DNA of 23,043 nucleotides from a virus (Duplodnaviria; Heunggongvirae; Uroviricota; Caudoviricetes): IMG/VR virus record IMGVR_UViG_3300045988_132558, positions 1 to 23,043 of that record; one strand, 5' to 3'. Shown piece by piece: positions 15,519 to 23,043 of this stretch (position 1 is its first letter; each line of letters starts with the position of its first letter). The notes under the pieces were generated by a model. It saw only the letters and a program-made list of their open reading frames with translations, ran no database searches and was not told where the DNA came from. The position numbers and the translations under genes were made by a program.

Positions 15519-15932
15519 ATGAGCACAAAAACAGAATTGCTGGCGCGCATTGACGATCTGAGCGCTCAGCTTGGTCGCGAATTACCGCGCAGCGGGACTA
15601 TTGCGGAACTGGAATCAATCGTCGCCGGCGCTGAGTCAGAGCTCGATATTCTGAACGAACAATCCAGCGACGCGAGTGATGCCGACACCAATGAGAGCGC
15701 ATTAGATGAAACTGATGATGACGGTGTCGAACAACAGTCAATCGCCAGTACTACGCCACAATCAGAACTGTCTCCCGCTACGCGTCGCGTCAAGTTGCGT
15801 AACACGCTGGACATTTATCACTACGTGAACGCGCGTCGCGTTCGCGAGATTGTTGCCGCTGGTCGTGAAATCGTTGTCGATTCACCGGAGGTCGCAGACC
15901 TTATTGCAGCCGATCACGTTTACGCTCTATGA
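15519..15932 (+). CDS. DNA-packaging/head-completion protein, lambda gpFI-like, 137 aa
   Basis: Position after gpE, size, acidic central linker, and N-terminal similarity to lambda FI (M.TK.EL.AR...L..QL.R). AAGGAA Shine-Dalgarno. Confidence 0.6.
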   Translation: MSTKTELLARIDDLSAQLGRELPRSGTIAELESIVAGAESELDILNEQSSDASDADTNESALDETDDDGVEQQSIASTTPQSELSPATRRVKLRNTLDIYHYVNARRVREIVAAGREIVVDSPEVADLIAADHVYAL

Positions 15933-16309
15933 GCTACTACGACGACCTCCGGGCCGGCGACGAGGAGACGATTCGTGAGTGGGGACGGCCAGTCAAATTA
16001 CGCGGTAAAGCTGACCCCATTATCGCTATTTTCAACGAGCCTTACGCGCGCGTTGACGTTCCTCACGCTGGTTTTATTACCGGCACAGTAACGAGCCTGA
16101 CGGCGCTCTCTGACGACGTTGCTGGCGTTGTTGCGCGTGACGTCGTCCAGGTCCCAAAGCAGCGCAGTATCGCTGCTGACGGCTCTGTTACCTGGTCTGG
16201 CTGGACCGATTACGTGGTTAAAGAGCCTCAACCGGATGGCATCGGTCTCACGAATATTTTTTTAGAGCCTCACACGTCCAGCGAAAACAGCGAGTATTCA
16301 AAATACTAA
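15929..16309 (+). CDS. Head-tail joining protein, lambda gpFII-like by position and size, 126 aa
   Basis: Directly follows the FI-like gene with an overlapping start (ATGA). Sequence match to lambda FII not confidently recalled. Confidence 0.5.
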   Translation: MSYYDDLRAGDEETIREWGRPVKLRGKADPIIAIFNEPYARVDVPHAGFITGTVTSLTALSDDVAGVVARDVVQVPKQRSIAADGSVTWSGWTDYVVKEPQPDGIGLTNIFLEPHTSSENSEYSKY

Positions 16310-16330
16310 GTGGGACCGCGGTCCCACTTA
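16307..16330. repeat. Perfect 24-bp palindrome TAAGTGGGACCG|CGGTCCCACTTA at the head/tail module junction
   Basis: Exact self-complementarity read from the sequence; includes the TAA stop of the FII-like gene and ends 10 nt before the GTG start of the next gene; no U-tract follows. Confidence 0.8.
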
Positions 16331-16340
16331 AGGGGGGACC

Positions 16341-17021
16341 GTGGCCGATTTACGTAGTAACGCGCAGATGTTCGATATCGATGTTTCGGCGCTGGAGCAA
16401 CTCAGAGTCGAAATTAGCGCGACGCAACATCAGATGCTGATGGCATACAACAGGGCGCTGAACCGAACTGCAAAGCATATGCACCGGGTCTCGGTGGGAA
16501 TGATCATTGAATCGCTGGCGGTTAAAGGGCGTAAGGCCGCAGAAAAACGCGTAAAACCGTTCGTCAAAATCCGGAACATATCAAAAGAAACTGCAGGAGA
16601 CCTGAGCAGCGCCAAGCTCTGGTACGGTCTGAATGATTTCCGGGTATCTGAGCTAAAGGGGCGATTACAAAATCCACGGAGGCAAAAACAGCCTCGCGAT
16701 CCTGAGACCGGTCAATTTTTGAAAACAAAAAAAGGCGCTCGAGGGGCAACTTTTACACCCAAAAGTGCAGGGCTGGCGATGCTGAGCTGGCCCGATTCAT
16801 TCGTAGCGAAACGCTACGGTGCGAAAAGTGTCTGGATTCGACTGGCTCGCGGAGGAATCGAAGAGGCTCGCGTACCGGTGCACGAAGCGCTGGAGGATGC
16901 TATCGATGATTATATTTTTGAAAATATTGGCACCGTGTTCATGGGTTTTTTTGAACAGGATTTGCGTGGTCGCGTGAAAGGTAATGTCCACGTAGACCCT
17001 AAAACAGGTAAACGATTATGA
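16341..17021 (+). CDS. Putative neck / tail-completion protein, 226 aa, GTG start (no family assigned)
   Basis: ORF track 16341..17021 (+). AGGGGGG Shine-Dalgarno. Lies between head-completion genes and the baseplate spike, where joining/tail-completion proteins are expected. Confidence 0.3.
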   Translation: MADLRSNAQMFDIDVSALEQLRVEISATQHQMLMAYNRALNRTAKHMHRVSVGMIIESLAVKGRKAAEKRVKPFVKIRNISKETAGDLSSAKLWYGLNDFRVSELKGRLQNPRRQKQPRDPETGQFLKTKKGARGATFTPKSAGLAMLSWPDSFVAKRYGAKSVWIRLARGGIEEARVPVHEALEDAIDDYIFENIGTVFMGFFEQDLRGRVKGNVHVDPKTGKRL

Positions 17022-17554
17022 GCGGACTTGATGCATTTGACGAATACCTCGATCGCGTTAAAGGCGCGGTTTTACAAATACCGTTCATCAAAACATTCGG
17101 TATTTATCCAGAAATTCCGGCAGGATTTGAAACGCCAGCTCTGTTCCTGGAAATCAGAAACTGGTCACAAAGTGACGAAGCGGTTCCAGGCTCAATTCAG
17201 TCAGTCGAGCTGTCGTGTAATTTGTATTTGCTGCGTGAGTTTGCTGCAGATCAGTACGGACTGAAATCGCAGAATGCAGCGCTCTATATGACGAGCTGGA
17301 TTAATGGGAGGATGTTCGGTCCCGGAACTAAACCGGCAAAATTCAGCGACGCGGAACCGTGCGACTGGATTAAAAACGGGCAGTCAGTCGGTTCGCATTC
17401 AGTTCAGTGCGTGTCGTTCACGCAGGTTGTAGGCGTTGGTCAAGATATTTTCGATTATCCCTCACAGGGGACCCTGAAAAATATATACGTCGGAATAGCG
17501 CCAGATATCGGCGCAGAACACGAGAGCGACTACTATGGCCCAATCGGACGATGA
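17018..17554 (+). CDS. Putative tail-completion protein, 178 aa (no family assigned)
   Basis: ORF track 17018..17554 (+). Start overlaps the previous stop (ATGA), in the slot occupied by R/S-type tail completion proteins in P2-type tails. Confidence 0.3.
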   Translation: MSGLDAFDEYLDRVKGAVLQIPFIKTFGIYPEIPAGFETPALFLEIRNWSQSDEAVPGSIQSVELSCNLYLLREFAADQYGLKSQNAALYMTSWINGRMFGPGTKPAKFSDAEPCDWIKNGQSVGSHSVQCVSFTQVVGVGQDIFDYPSQGTLKNIYVGIAPDIGAEHESDYYGPIGR

Positions 17555-18440
17555 TGAATACGCCGCAGCGGAGAACGCGCGCAGGCTGCGTGACGCGGTT
17601 AAACGCGGCACGATAGCTGCAGTTCAAATGAACCCCCCTCGCTGTCGGGTCTCATTTGGCGGCGAACACCAGTCGGGTTGGCTGCAATGGTTTACTCACG
17701 CAACGTCCGAGCGAATCGACTGGAGCGCACCATCAGTAGGTGACCCCGTTACTGTTGTTTCAGAGGGTGGGGACACGCGGAACGGCGTAGTTATGCTCGG
17801 GCTGCACATTGACAACGTAGATCCGCCCAGTAGCGACCCCCATGATCACGTCACTGCGTATTGTGACGGGGCCAGGCTGACGTATAACACGAAAAACCAC
17901 ACGCTGACCTGGCAGGGCGTACCGGACGGCGTAGTAAAAATACTCGGTGAGTCTGAAATAGAAATATTCGGACGTGCAGACGTTACTATTAATAGCGAAA
18001 ACGTTGTCAATATTCACGGTGGAAAATTAATTAACGCGGACGCTGATATTATTAATGTCACAGCGACAGATACAATTAACGCACATGCTGATTTAGTGAA
18101 CGTTATAGCAACGAGTTCTGTTAGTGTTACTGCTGCGAACAGAATATCGCTGACAGCTCAAACAATCAGTGCGTGGGCTCCGGGTGGGATAACACTAGCT
18201 GGTCCAACTCATATTACCGAGACATTAGTAGTAGATAAATTAGCAACATTCCGTAACGATATTTCTGTCACTGGAGATAATGGTGGAACAGGTAATATCA
18301 CAACTCGCGGTAGTGTGTTAGCAGGACAAGAGGTGCAGGATCGACAAGGCACAATGAATGAGATGCGTATTACATATAACGGGCATACGCACATATGCCC
18401 TGACGGAGAAACAGAGAAACCAAATCAACCAATGGCGTAA
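17535..18440 (+). CDS. Baseplate hub/spike protein, P2 gpV-like, 301 aa
   Basis: N-terminal OB-fold-type region (GTIAAVQ..., GDPVTVVSEGGDTRNGVVMLGL), a central repetitive beta-helix-like region, and a C-terminal tip with an H-x-H motif (NGHTHICPDG). Followed by W-, J- and I-like genes in P2 order. Confidence 0.7.
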   Translation: MAQSDDDEYAAAENARRLRDAVKRGTIAAVQMNPPRCRVSFGGEHQSGWLQWFTHATSERIDWSAPSVGDPVTVVSEGGDTRNGVVMLGLHIDNVDPPSSDPHDHVTAYCDGARLTYNTKNHTLTWQGVPDGVVKILGESEIEIFGRADVTINSENVVNIHGGKLINADADIINVTATDTINAHADLVNVIATSSVSVTAANRISLTAQTISAWAPGGITLAGPTHITETLVVDKLATFRNDISVTGDNGGTGNITTRGSVLAGQEVQDRQGTMNEMRITYNGHTHICPDGETEKPNQPMA

Positions 18441-18442
18441 AT

Positions 18443-18784
18443 ATGCTTGGAATGAACCGTGACACCGGTAAGCCTTTATCGGGGACTGATCACATTTGTC
18501 AGTCTATCGTTGATATTTTAACGACCCCGCTGGGAACCCGTGTAATGCTGCCGGAATATGGGAGCAAATTATTTGACCTCGTTGATAATCCCACAGATCC
18601 ATCACTGGCTATGCGGATAATCATGGAAAGTGCTGGCGCAATAGCACGCTGGGAACCACGCGTCAGAATTGACAGAATAAATGTGTTGGCAGTGGATATC
18701 GGGAAAATAACAATATTAATTATCGCAACAGATATCGAAACACAACAGCGATTAGAGTTTAATAATATGGAGCTGATATTTTGA
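18443..18784 (+). CDS. Baseplate protein, P2 gpW / T4 gp25-like, 113 aa
   Basis: Size, position after the spike, and GPW/gp25-type signature (GTDHICQSIVDILTTPLGTRVMLPEYGSKL...ARWEPRV). Confidence 0.7.
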   Translation: MLGMNRDTGKPLSGTDHICQSIVDILTTPLGTRVMLPEYGSKLFDLVDNPTDPSLAMRIIMESAGAIARWEPRVRIDRINVLAVDIGKITILIIATDIETQQRLEFNNMELIF

Positions 18785-19701
18785 TAACATCAACAGTTCA
18801 GAACTCGATAGTGAAAACTATTGATATGAGTCTGCTGCCGCCGCCAGCATTCGTTAAAACCCCGTTATTTTCAGATGTTAAATCTAATCTACTGTCAGAG
18901 CTGCAGATATTATATCCACAATTTAACGCACTCCTGGAGTCAGACCCGGCAGTTAAACTGCTGGAAATAGTTGCATACAGAGAAATCATTATTACAGCTC
19001 GGGTAAATCAGGGGATGCTCGCTGTATTGCTCGCGTTTGCAAAAGGGACTGACCTCGACCAGATTGGCGCTAATTTTGACTGCCTGCGGCTGTTGATAAC
19101 GCCAGCTAATCCCGACTCAGTCCCCCCGACTGAAGCGGTTTACGAGAGTGACGACGAGTATCGTCATCGCATACAACTATCATGGTACGCGCGTAATACT
19201 GCCGGCAGTACAAACGCGTATAACTATTTCGCGCTATCGAGTGACCCCGATGTTCTGTCAGCGCAGGCATACGGCCCGCCTGTGACTCAGCCAGGGTACG
19301 TCGATATGTACGTTTTGTCCCGGACAGGCGACGGTGTACCCCCGCAATCACTACTGAATACAGTGAATGCGGCCCTGTCTCCTGACGACACTCGGCCACT
19401 AACTGATTTCGTGACCGTAAAACCTGCGTCGAACCTGAATTACCGGGTTGAGGCCGTTATCGTAGCGGGGCTCGGTCCCGACCAGAACGTATTACTCAAC
19501 GGCGCGCAGAGCGACCTGGCGGTCTACGTGACCACGCAACATAAAATCGGGGCAACAGCAGCCCTGTCGGGAATTTACGACGCAATACATCGTGACGGCA
19601 CCGAACGTGTGATTCTGATATCGCCGACAGAGGACGTCATTGCAGGTGTCGGACAGGCACCATATTGCACCGAAATTAAACTCAGCGTACAGATGGGGTG
19701 A
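18781..19701 (+). CDS. Baseplate protein, P2 gpJ-like, 306 aa
   Basis: Size (about 300 aa) and position between W-like and I-like genes in conserved P2 order; start overlaps the previous stop. Confidence 0.65.
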   Translation: MITSTVQNSIVKTIDMSLLPPPAFVKTPLFSDVKSNLLSELQILYPQFNALLESDPAVKLLEIVAYREIIITARVNQGMLAVLLAFAKGTDLDQIGANFDCLRLLITPANPDSVPPTEAVYESDDEYRHRIQLSWYARNTAGSTNAYNYFALSSDPDVLSAQAYGPPVTQPGYVDMYVLSRTGDGVPPQSLLNTVNAALSPDDTRPLTDFVTVKPASNLNYRVEAVIVAGLGPDQNVLLNGAQSDLAVYVTTQHKIGATAALSGIYDAIHRDGTERVILISPTEDVIAGVGQAPYCTEIKLSVQMG

Positions 19702-20315
19702 CAATGACGAGCCAGAGTGTACTGCCTCCTAACGCAGTAACACCAGAAAGAGCGCTGGAAGCCGTTTTATCTCATGTCGGCGATTTGCCTGGTGATATAC
19801 GAATTATTAAAAATCCCGACCTGTGTCCCGCAAATTTGCTCCCGTGGCTAGCGTGGGAATACGCGGTTACGTACTGGAATCCGGACTGGAGTGAGCGACA
19901 AAAACGCGAAATTATCAAAGCAGCCGCGTGGCAAAACAAACACCGCGGCACCCGTGGAGCTGTTGAACGCGCGTTATTAACTGTCGGATTTAATAGCAAA
20001 ATGAGAGAGTGGTTTGAAGCCACTCCGAGGGACGACCCGTATACATTCGCAATTAAAATATATCTGCTAAAAAGTATGGGGTTAGATTTAGAACTATTGA
20101 ATACATTTATTGCACAAATATTTGATGCAAAAAATTGTCGCTCCTTATTAAAAGAAATAAATTTCGAAACGGGTGTCGCTGGTGAGCTTTTTATAGCTGG
20201 CTCACCTTATGCAAAAATAGGCGTAAACATCCCAGCAGACGGCGACGGCGGTGTAAAAATTAACGGCGGTCTATATATATCAGGCTCACCAATTGTTAGT
20301 TTAAACGTGAGATAG
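19698..20315 (+). CDS. Tail protein, P2 gpI-like, 205 aa
   Basis: Position between J-like gene and tail fibre; conserved LPWLAWEY...W...R motif as recalled for the P2 I family. Confidence 0.6.
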   Translation: MTMTSQSVLPPNAVTPERALEAVLSHVGDLPGDIRIIKNPDLCPANLLPWLAWEYAVTYWNPDWSERQKREIIKAAAWQNKHRGTRGAVERALLTVGFNSKMREWFEATPRDDPYTFAIKIYLLKSMGLDLELLNTFIAQIFDAKNCRSLLKEINFETGVAGELFIAGSPYAKIGVNIPADGDGGVKINGGLYISGSPIVSLNVR

Positions 20316-20321
20316 GGCCAA

Positions 20322-21239
20322 ATGGCTGAAAATAAAATTTATGCTGTGTTAACTGATCGTGGCGCGCAGTTAGAAGCCGGCGCGCTGGCGTCAGGCGTTC
20401 CAGTGGTGCTGAGCAAATTTGTTATCGGTGACGCGAACGGAAACGACGATGTTACGCCAGACCCGGCACGAACAGCATTAATTCACGAGACGTATCGCGG
20501 GGATATTAAATCCGCAGAAAATAGCGGTAACCAGGTTATTTTTACGCTATACGTACCGCCCGATACCGGCGGTTATACTATCCGTGAAGTTGGGATATTA
20601 ACAGATAAAGGTGAACTGTACTCTGTAGCGCGTTCGCCGGATATTTTAAAACCCACGGACAGTAACGGCGCGCTGATTTCAATCACGTATAAATACACCC
20701 TCGCGGTGTCCAGCACGTCTACAGTTAATGTTGTTATTGATAACAGTAGCGGTATGAGCCAGGCTGATGCTGATAAACGCTATTTGCAGATAAGCAAAAA
20801 TTTATCTGAAATTAAAGATAAAGGTGAAACAGCGCAACAAGCAGGGCGAGAGAATCTCGGCATTGATTTAAACCAATATTATACAAAAAATGAGGTGGAT
20901 GTTTTACTGGATGATGACAGCGGGGACGATCCCGTGCCAGTAGTATCAGCATTTGATGCTGTCGGTGCAACTGTATACGCCGGATTTTCATATGGAAATG
21001 GTACCGTCATGCATTATAAACCAGGAGACATGATACCTGGCTCATTAATTTATCCAGCGTATTCTTATCTAAAAGATTCTAATTTAATTGCTAATGTTGT
21101 TATTTCTATCGGATATTCCCAAACGAGCCTTCCGGGGACATGGATGTTAAGTGGGTATATGCCAGAAAGTTATGAGGGGCCGAATGCTGAAGATATTTTC
21201 TCCGCAAAACTCGCAACAAATTTTACCAGGGTAGTTTGA
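20322..21239 (+). CDS. Tail fibre protein with P2 gpH-like N-terminal domain and short divergent C-terminal domain, 305 aa
   Basis: N-terminus matches the conserved P2 H anchor region (VIGDANGNDD.TPDPA.TALIHETYRG, YVPPDTGGYTIREVGIL). The C-terminal third is visibly AT-rich and unrelated. Confidence 0.65.
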   Translation: MAENKIYAVLTDRGAQLEAGALASGVPVVLSKFVIGDANGNDDVTPDPARTALIHETYRGDIKSAENSGNQVIFTLYVPPDTGGYTIREVGILTDKGELYSVARSPDILKPTDSNGALISITYKYTLAVSSTSTVNVVIDNSSGMSQADADKRYLQISKNLSEIKDKGETAQQAGRENLGIDLNQYYTKNEVDVLLDDDSGDDPVPVVSAFDAVGATVYAGFSYGNGTVMHYKPGDMIPGSLIYPAYSYLKDSNLIANVVISIGYSQTSLPGTWMLSGYMPESYEGPNAEDIFSAKLATNFTRVV

Positions 21240-21487
21240 TTTATATGCCAATTATTAATGATTTCATAAATATAAAATCACCGAAATTCACAAGTGCATC
21301 GAATAATTCAATTGATATTACCTGTGATATCAAAAATATCGGTAATGCTATTCTATTCACTGCATCTAAAACCGATTCCACATTATATGGAAGGAATTTA
21401 TACGAGCGAGCGTTGGCGGGGGAATTTGGTGATGTTGCGGAATACGTCGCTCCAGTTATAACTGAATCAGGAGAACAAAGTAAATGA
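21236..21487 (+). CDS. Putative tail-fibre assembly chaperone (gpG position), 83 aa
   Basis: Small AT-rich ORF between fibre and sheath genes, where P2-type phages encode the chaperone. Shorter than typical; no motif recognised. Confidence 0.3.
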   Translation: MIYMPIINDFINIKSPKFTSASNNSIDITCDIKNIGNAILFTASKTDSTLYGRNLYERALAGEFGDVAEYVAPVITESGEQSK

Positions 21488-22989
21488 GCACTAATTTTTT
21501 ACACGGTATTCGCACGTTTGAATACGACGACGGCACAAAAGAGATCAGCACGGTCGATATTTCAGTTATCGGGATTGTTGGTACTGCACCGGATTCCGCG
21601 CAATCAACCAGTTCCGAGTTAATAACAGGGAGTGCTATTTTAAAAAACCGCCTTAAATTCACGGCGACGGGACAGGGGGTGAGGGGCAATTCATGGAGCG
21701 TAGAGATTCTCGAAACCGATCCGGACGGCTGCACGGCACTGTGGAGTGATATGCCCGACGGGAGTCGACGTTTATCAATATCAGTCGCACCGGCATCCGG
21801 CTCGCACGGATACACCCCAGCAGAAATCGTGCAGGCAGTCACAATAGCAAACCCGCCTCCGGACCAATTATTTTTAACAATTACGGCAGTAGATGTCGGG
21901 GAGGACGCGGGAAATGTGACTGCCTCACCGTTGCAATATTTAAGTGGCGGCAGTGATGAGGCGTTCCCAATTAATACCCCAGTACTTGTTGCCGGGAGTC
22001 CAAAAAAAGCCGCTTTACTGGGTGAGCGCGGCACGTTGCCGAAAGATATTGCCGATATTTTCAATCAGGACAACGCCTTGCTTGTTGTTGTACGAGTAAA
22101 AGATGACAAAGACACAACAAAACAACAGCAAAATATTATCGACGGTGTCAAACAGCTGGAAAAATCGAAACAGTTAACCGAAGTCACACCGCGTATTATT
22201 ATTGCACCAGATTTTAGCGCAATTGATGCGATAGCTGCTCAGCTTGAGGTGGTCGCAAATAAACTCCGGGGGGTGTGTTATATAGACTCTCCGCGCGCAG
22301 CTACCCCTGCAGACGTTGTGAATCGCCGGCAAAAACTCGGCGGACGTGCTGAGTTGTTGCGTCCCCGTGTTTATTCAACTAGCGACGTAGGCGGGCAATC
22401 AAGACCATATTCAGCCATTGCTGCTGGTTTACGAGCCAGAATTGATAATGAAAAAGGGTTTTGGTGGAGTAAGTCGAATCAAAATATTTATGGAATAACA
22501 GGGCTTGAGCAGGTTGATGATTTCATTATTGGCGAGACAAACTGTACGGCGAACCTACTGAACGCCAGCCAGGTCAGCACCATTATTCGCTACGATGGAT
22601 TCCGGCACTGGGGTAACTATCTGTGCAGTCTGGATCCACAATGGTCGTTTGAATGCGTTCGTCGGACAGCTGACGTAATTGAAGATTCTATAGCCCGGGC
22701 AATGATGACAGATTTTATTGATCGCCCGATAGACCTGCATCTCGGAACAGACGTTGTCGAGTCGATAAACGCATATCTGCACAAATTAGAGGAGCAGGGT
22801 GCGATTAACGGAGGGCGAGCGTGGTTAGACGGTGAGCTGAATACAAAAGAAAGTCTGGCCGCTGGTAATCTTTATATTAATGTTGATTTTGGTCCGAAAT
22901 CTCCGGCACAAACAATTACGTTAATGTACCGCATTAATAATGACTATACAGTTGAAGCGCTGGCCTCCCTTTTTAAAGAAACAGCCTGA
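21484..22989 (+). CDS. Tail sheath protein, P2 gpFI-like, 501 aa
   Basis: Similarity to P2 FI from memory (N-terminal HG...E...GT..IST, LGLRA.ID.E.G, TGL, NLLN.S.V.T.IR.DGFR.WGN, AG.LYI..D..P..P...TL). Size fits contractile-tail sheaths. Confidence 0.85.
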   Translation: MSTNFLHGIRTFEYDDGTKEISTVDISVIGIVGTAPDSAQSTSSELITGSAILKNRLKFTATGQGVRGNSWSVEILETDPDGCTALWSDMPDGSRRLSISVAPASGSHGYTPAEIVQAVTIANPPPDQLFLTITAVDVGEDAGNVTASPLQYLSGGSDEAFPINTPVLVAGSPKKAALLGERGTLPKDIADIFNQDNALLVVVRVKDDKDTTKQQQNIIDGVKQLEKSKQLTEVTPRIIIAPDFSAIDAIAAQLEVVANKLRGVCYIDSPRAATPADVVNRRQKLGGRAELLRPRVYSTSDVGGQSRPYSAIAAGLRARIDNEKGFWWSKSNQNIYGITGLEQVDDFIIGETNCTANLLNASQVSTIIRYDGFRHWGNYLCSLDPQWSFECVRRTADVIEDSIARAMMTDFIDRPIDLHLGTDVVESINAYLHKLEEQGAINGGRAWLDGELNTKESLAAGNLYINVDFGPKSPAQTITLMYRINNDYTVEALASLFKETA

Positions 22990-23006
22990 TAATTCGGAGA
23001 GTAAAT

Positions 23007-23043
23007 ATGTCAGATAGCAACGCTTACCGCGCGTTTGCGCTAT
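23007..23043 (+). CDS. Start of putative tail tube gene (truncated by window end)
   Basis: ATG at 23007 preceded by GGAGAG; frame open to the window end (MSDSNAYRAFAL...); position right after the sheath gene. Confidence 0.35.
   Translation, partial: MSDSNAYRAFAL

Noticed and set aside
16307-16330. The 24-bp palindrome as a canonical Rho-independent terminator
   Set aside because: No U-tract follows the hairpin on either strand, and the downstream tail genes are in the same orientation and presumably co-transcribed; kept as a regulatory or structural hairpin instead.
21456-22064. 202-aa ORF on the - strand
   Set aside because: Lies entirely antisense to the well-supported tail sheath gene; no Shine-Dalgarno sequence; low-complexity translation. 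Treated as a chance antisense frame.
1-23043. CRISPR arrays, insertion sequences, integrase or attachment-site repeats
   Set aside because: No regularly spaced direct repeats, no transposase- or integrase-like ORFs, and no duplicated flanking segments were seen; the prophage ends evidently lie outside this window.

Overview
This window is the late region of a prophage from an enterobacterial-type host, with essentially all recognisable genes on the + strand. All homology calls below come from reading the six-frame translations and comparing them from memory with lambda and P2 proteins; no database search was run. Order, left to right: (1) 31-2200, a cargo-like locus with an ImmA/IrrE-family zinc peptidase (- strand) divergent from an overlapping two-gene operon of unknown function (255 aa + 132 aa), closed by a terminator; (2) 2700-5300, nin-like early-late genes (unknown 210 aa, small 59-aa ORF, DUF1367-like, DUF1364/YbcO-like, putative antiterminator Q); (3) 5300-6740, a late promoter/terminator element and a lysis cassette (two membrane proteins, a Cys/His peptidase-type endolysin, a small lipoprotein); (4) 6740-8300, an AT-rich moron cluster with genes on both strands and their own terminators; (5) about 8410-8440, a putative cos site, followed by a lambda-type head module (Nu1-like small terminase, gpA terminase, gpW, gpB portal, gpC protease, gpD, gpE major capsid, FI, FII); (6) 16341-23043, a P2-type contractile-tail module (two unassigned neck/tail-completion candidates, spike V, W, J, I, tail fibre H, short chaperone, sheath, start of tube). 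The head is lambda-like and the tail is P2-like, so this is a modular mosaic. The strongest candidate for an undescribed system is the ImmA-peptidase/two-gene locus at 31-2200, followed by the moron cluster at 6740-8300. No rRNA, tRNA, CRISPR array, integrase or transposase was recognised.
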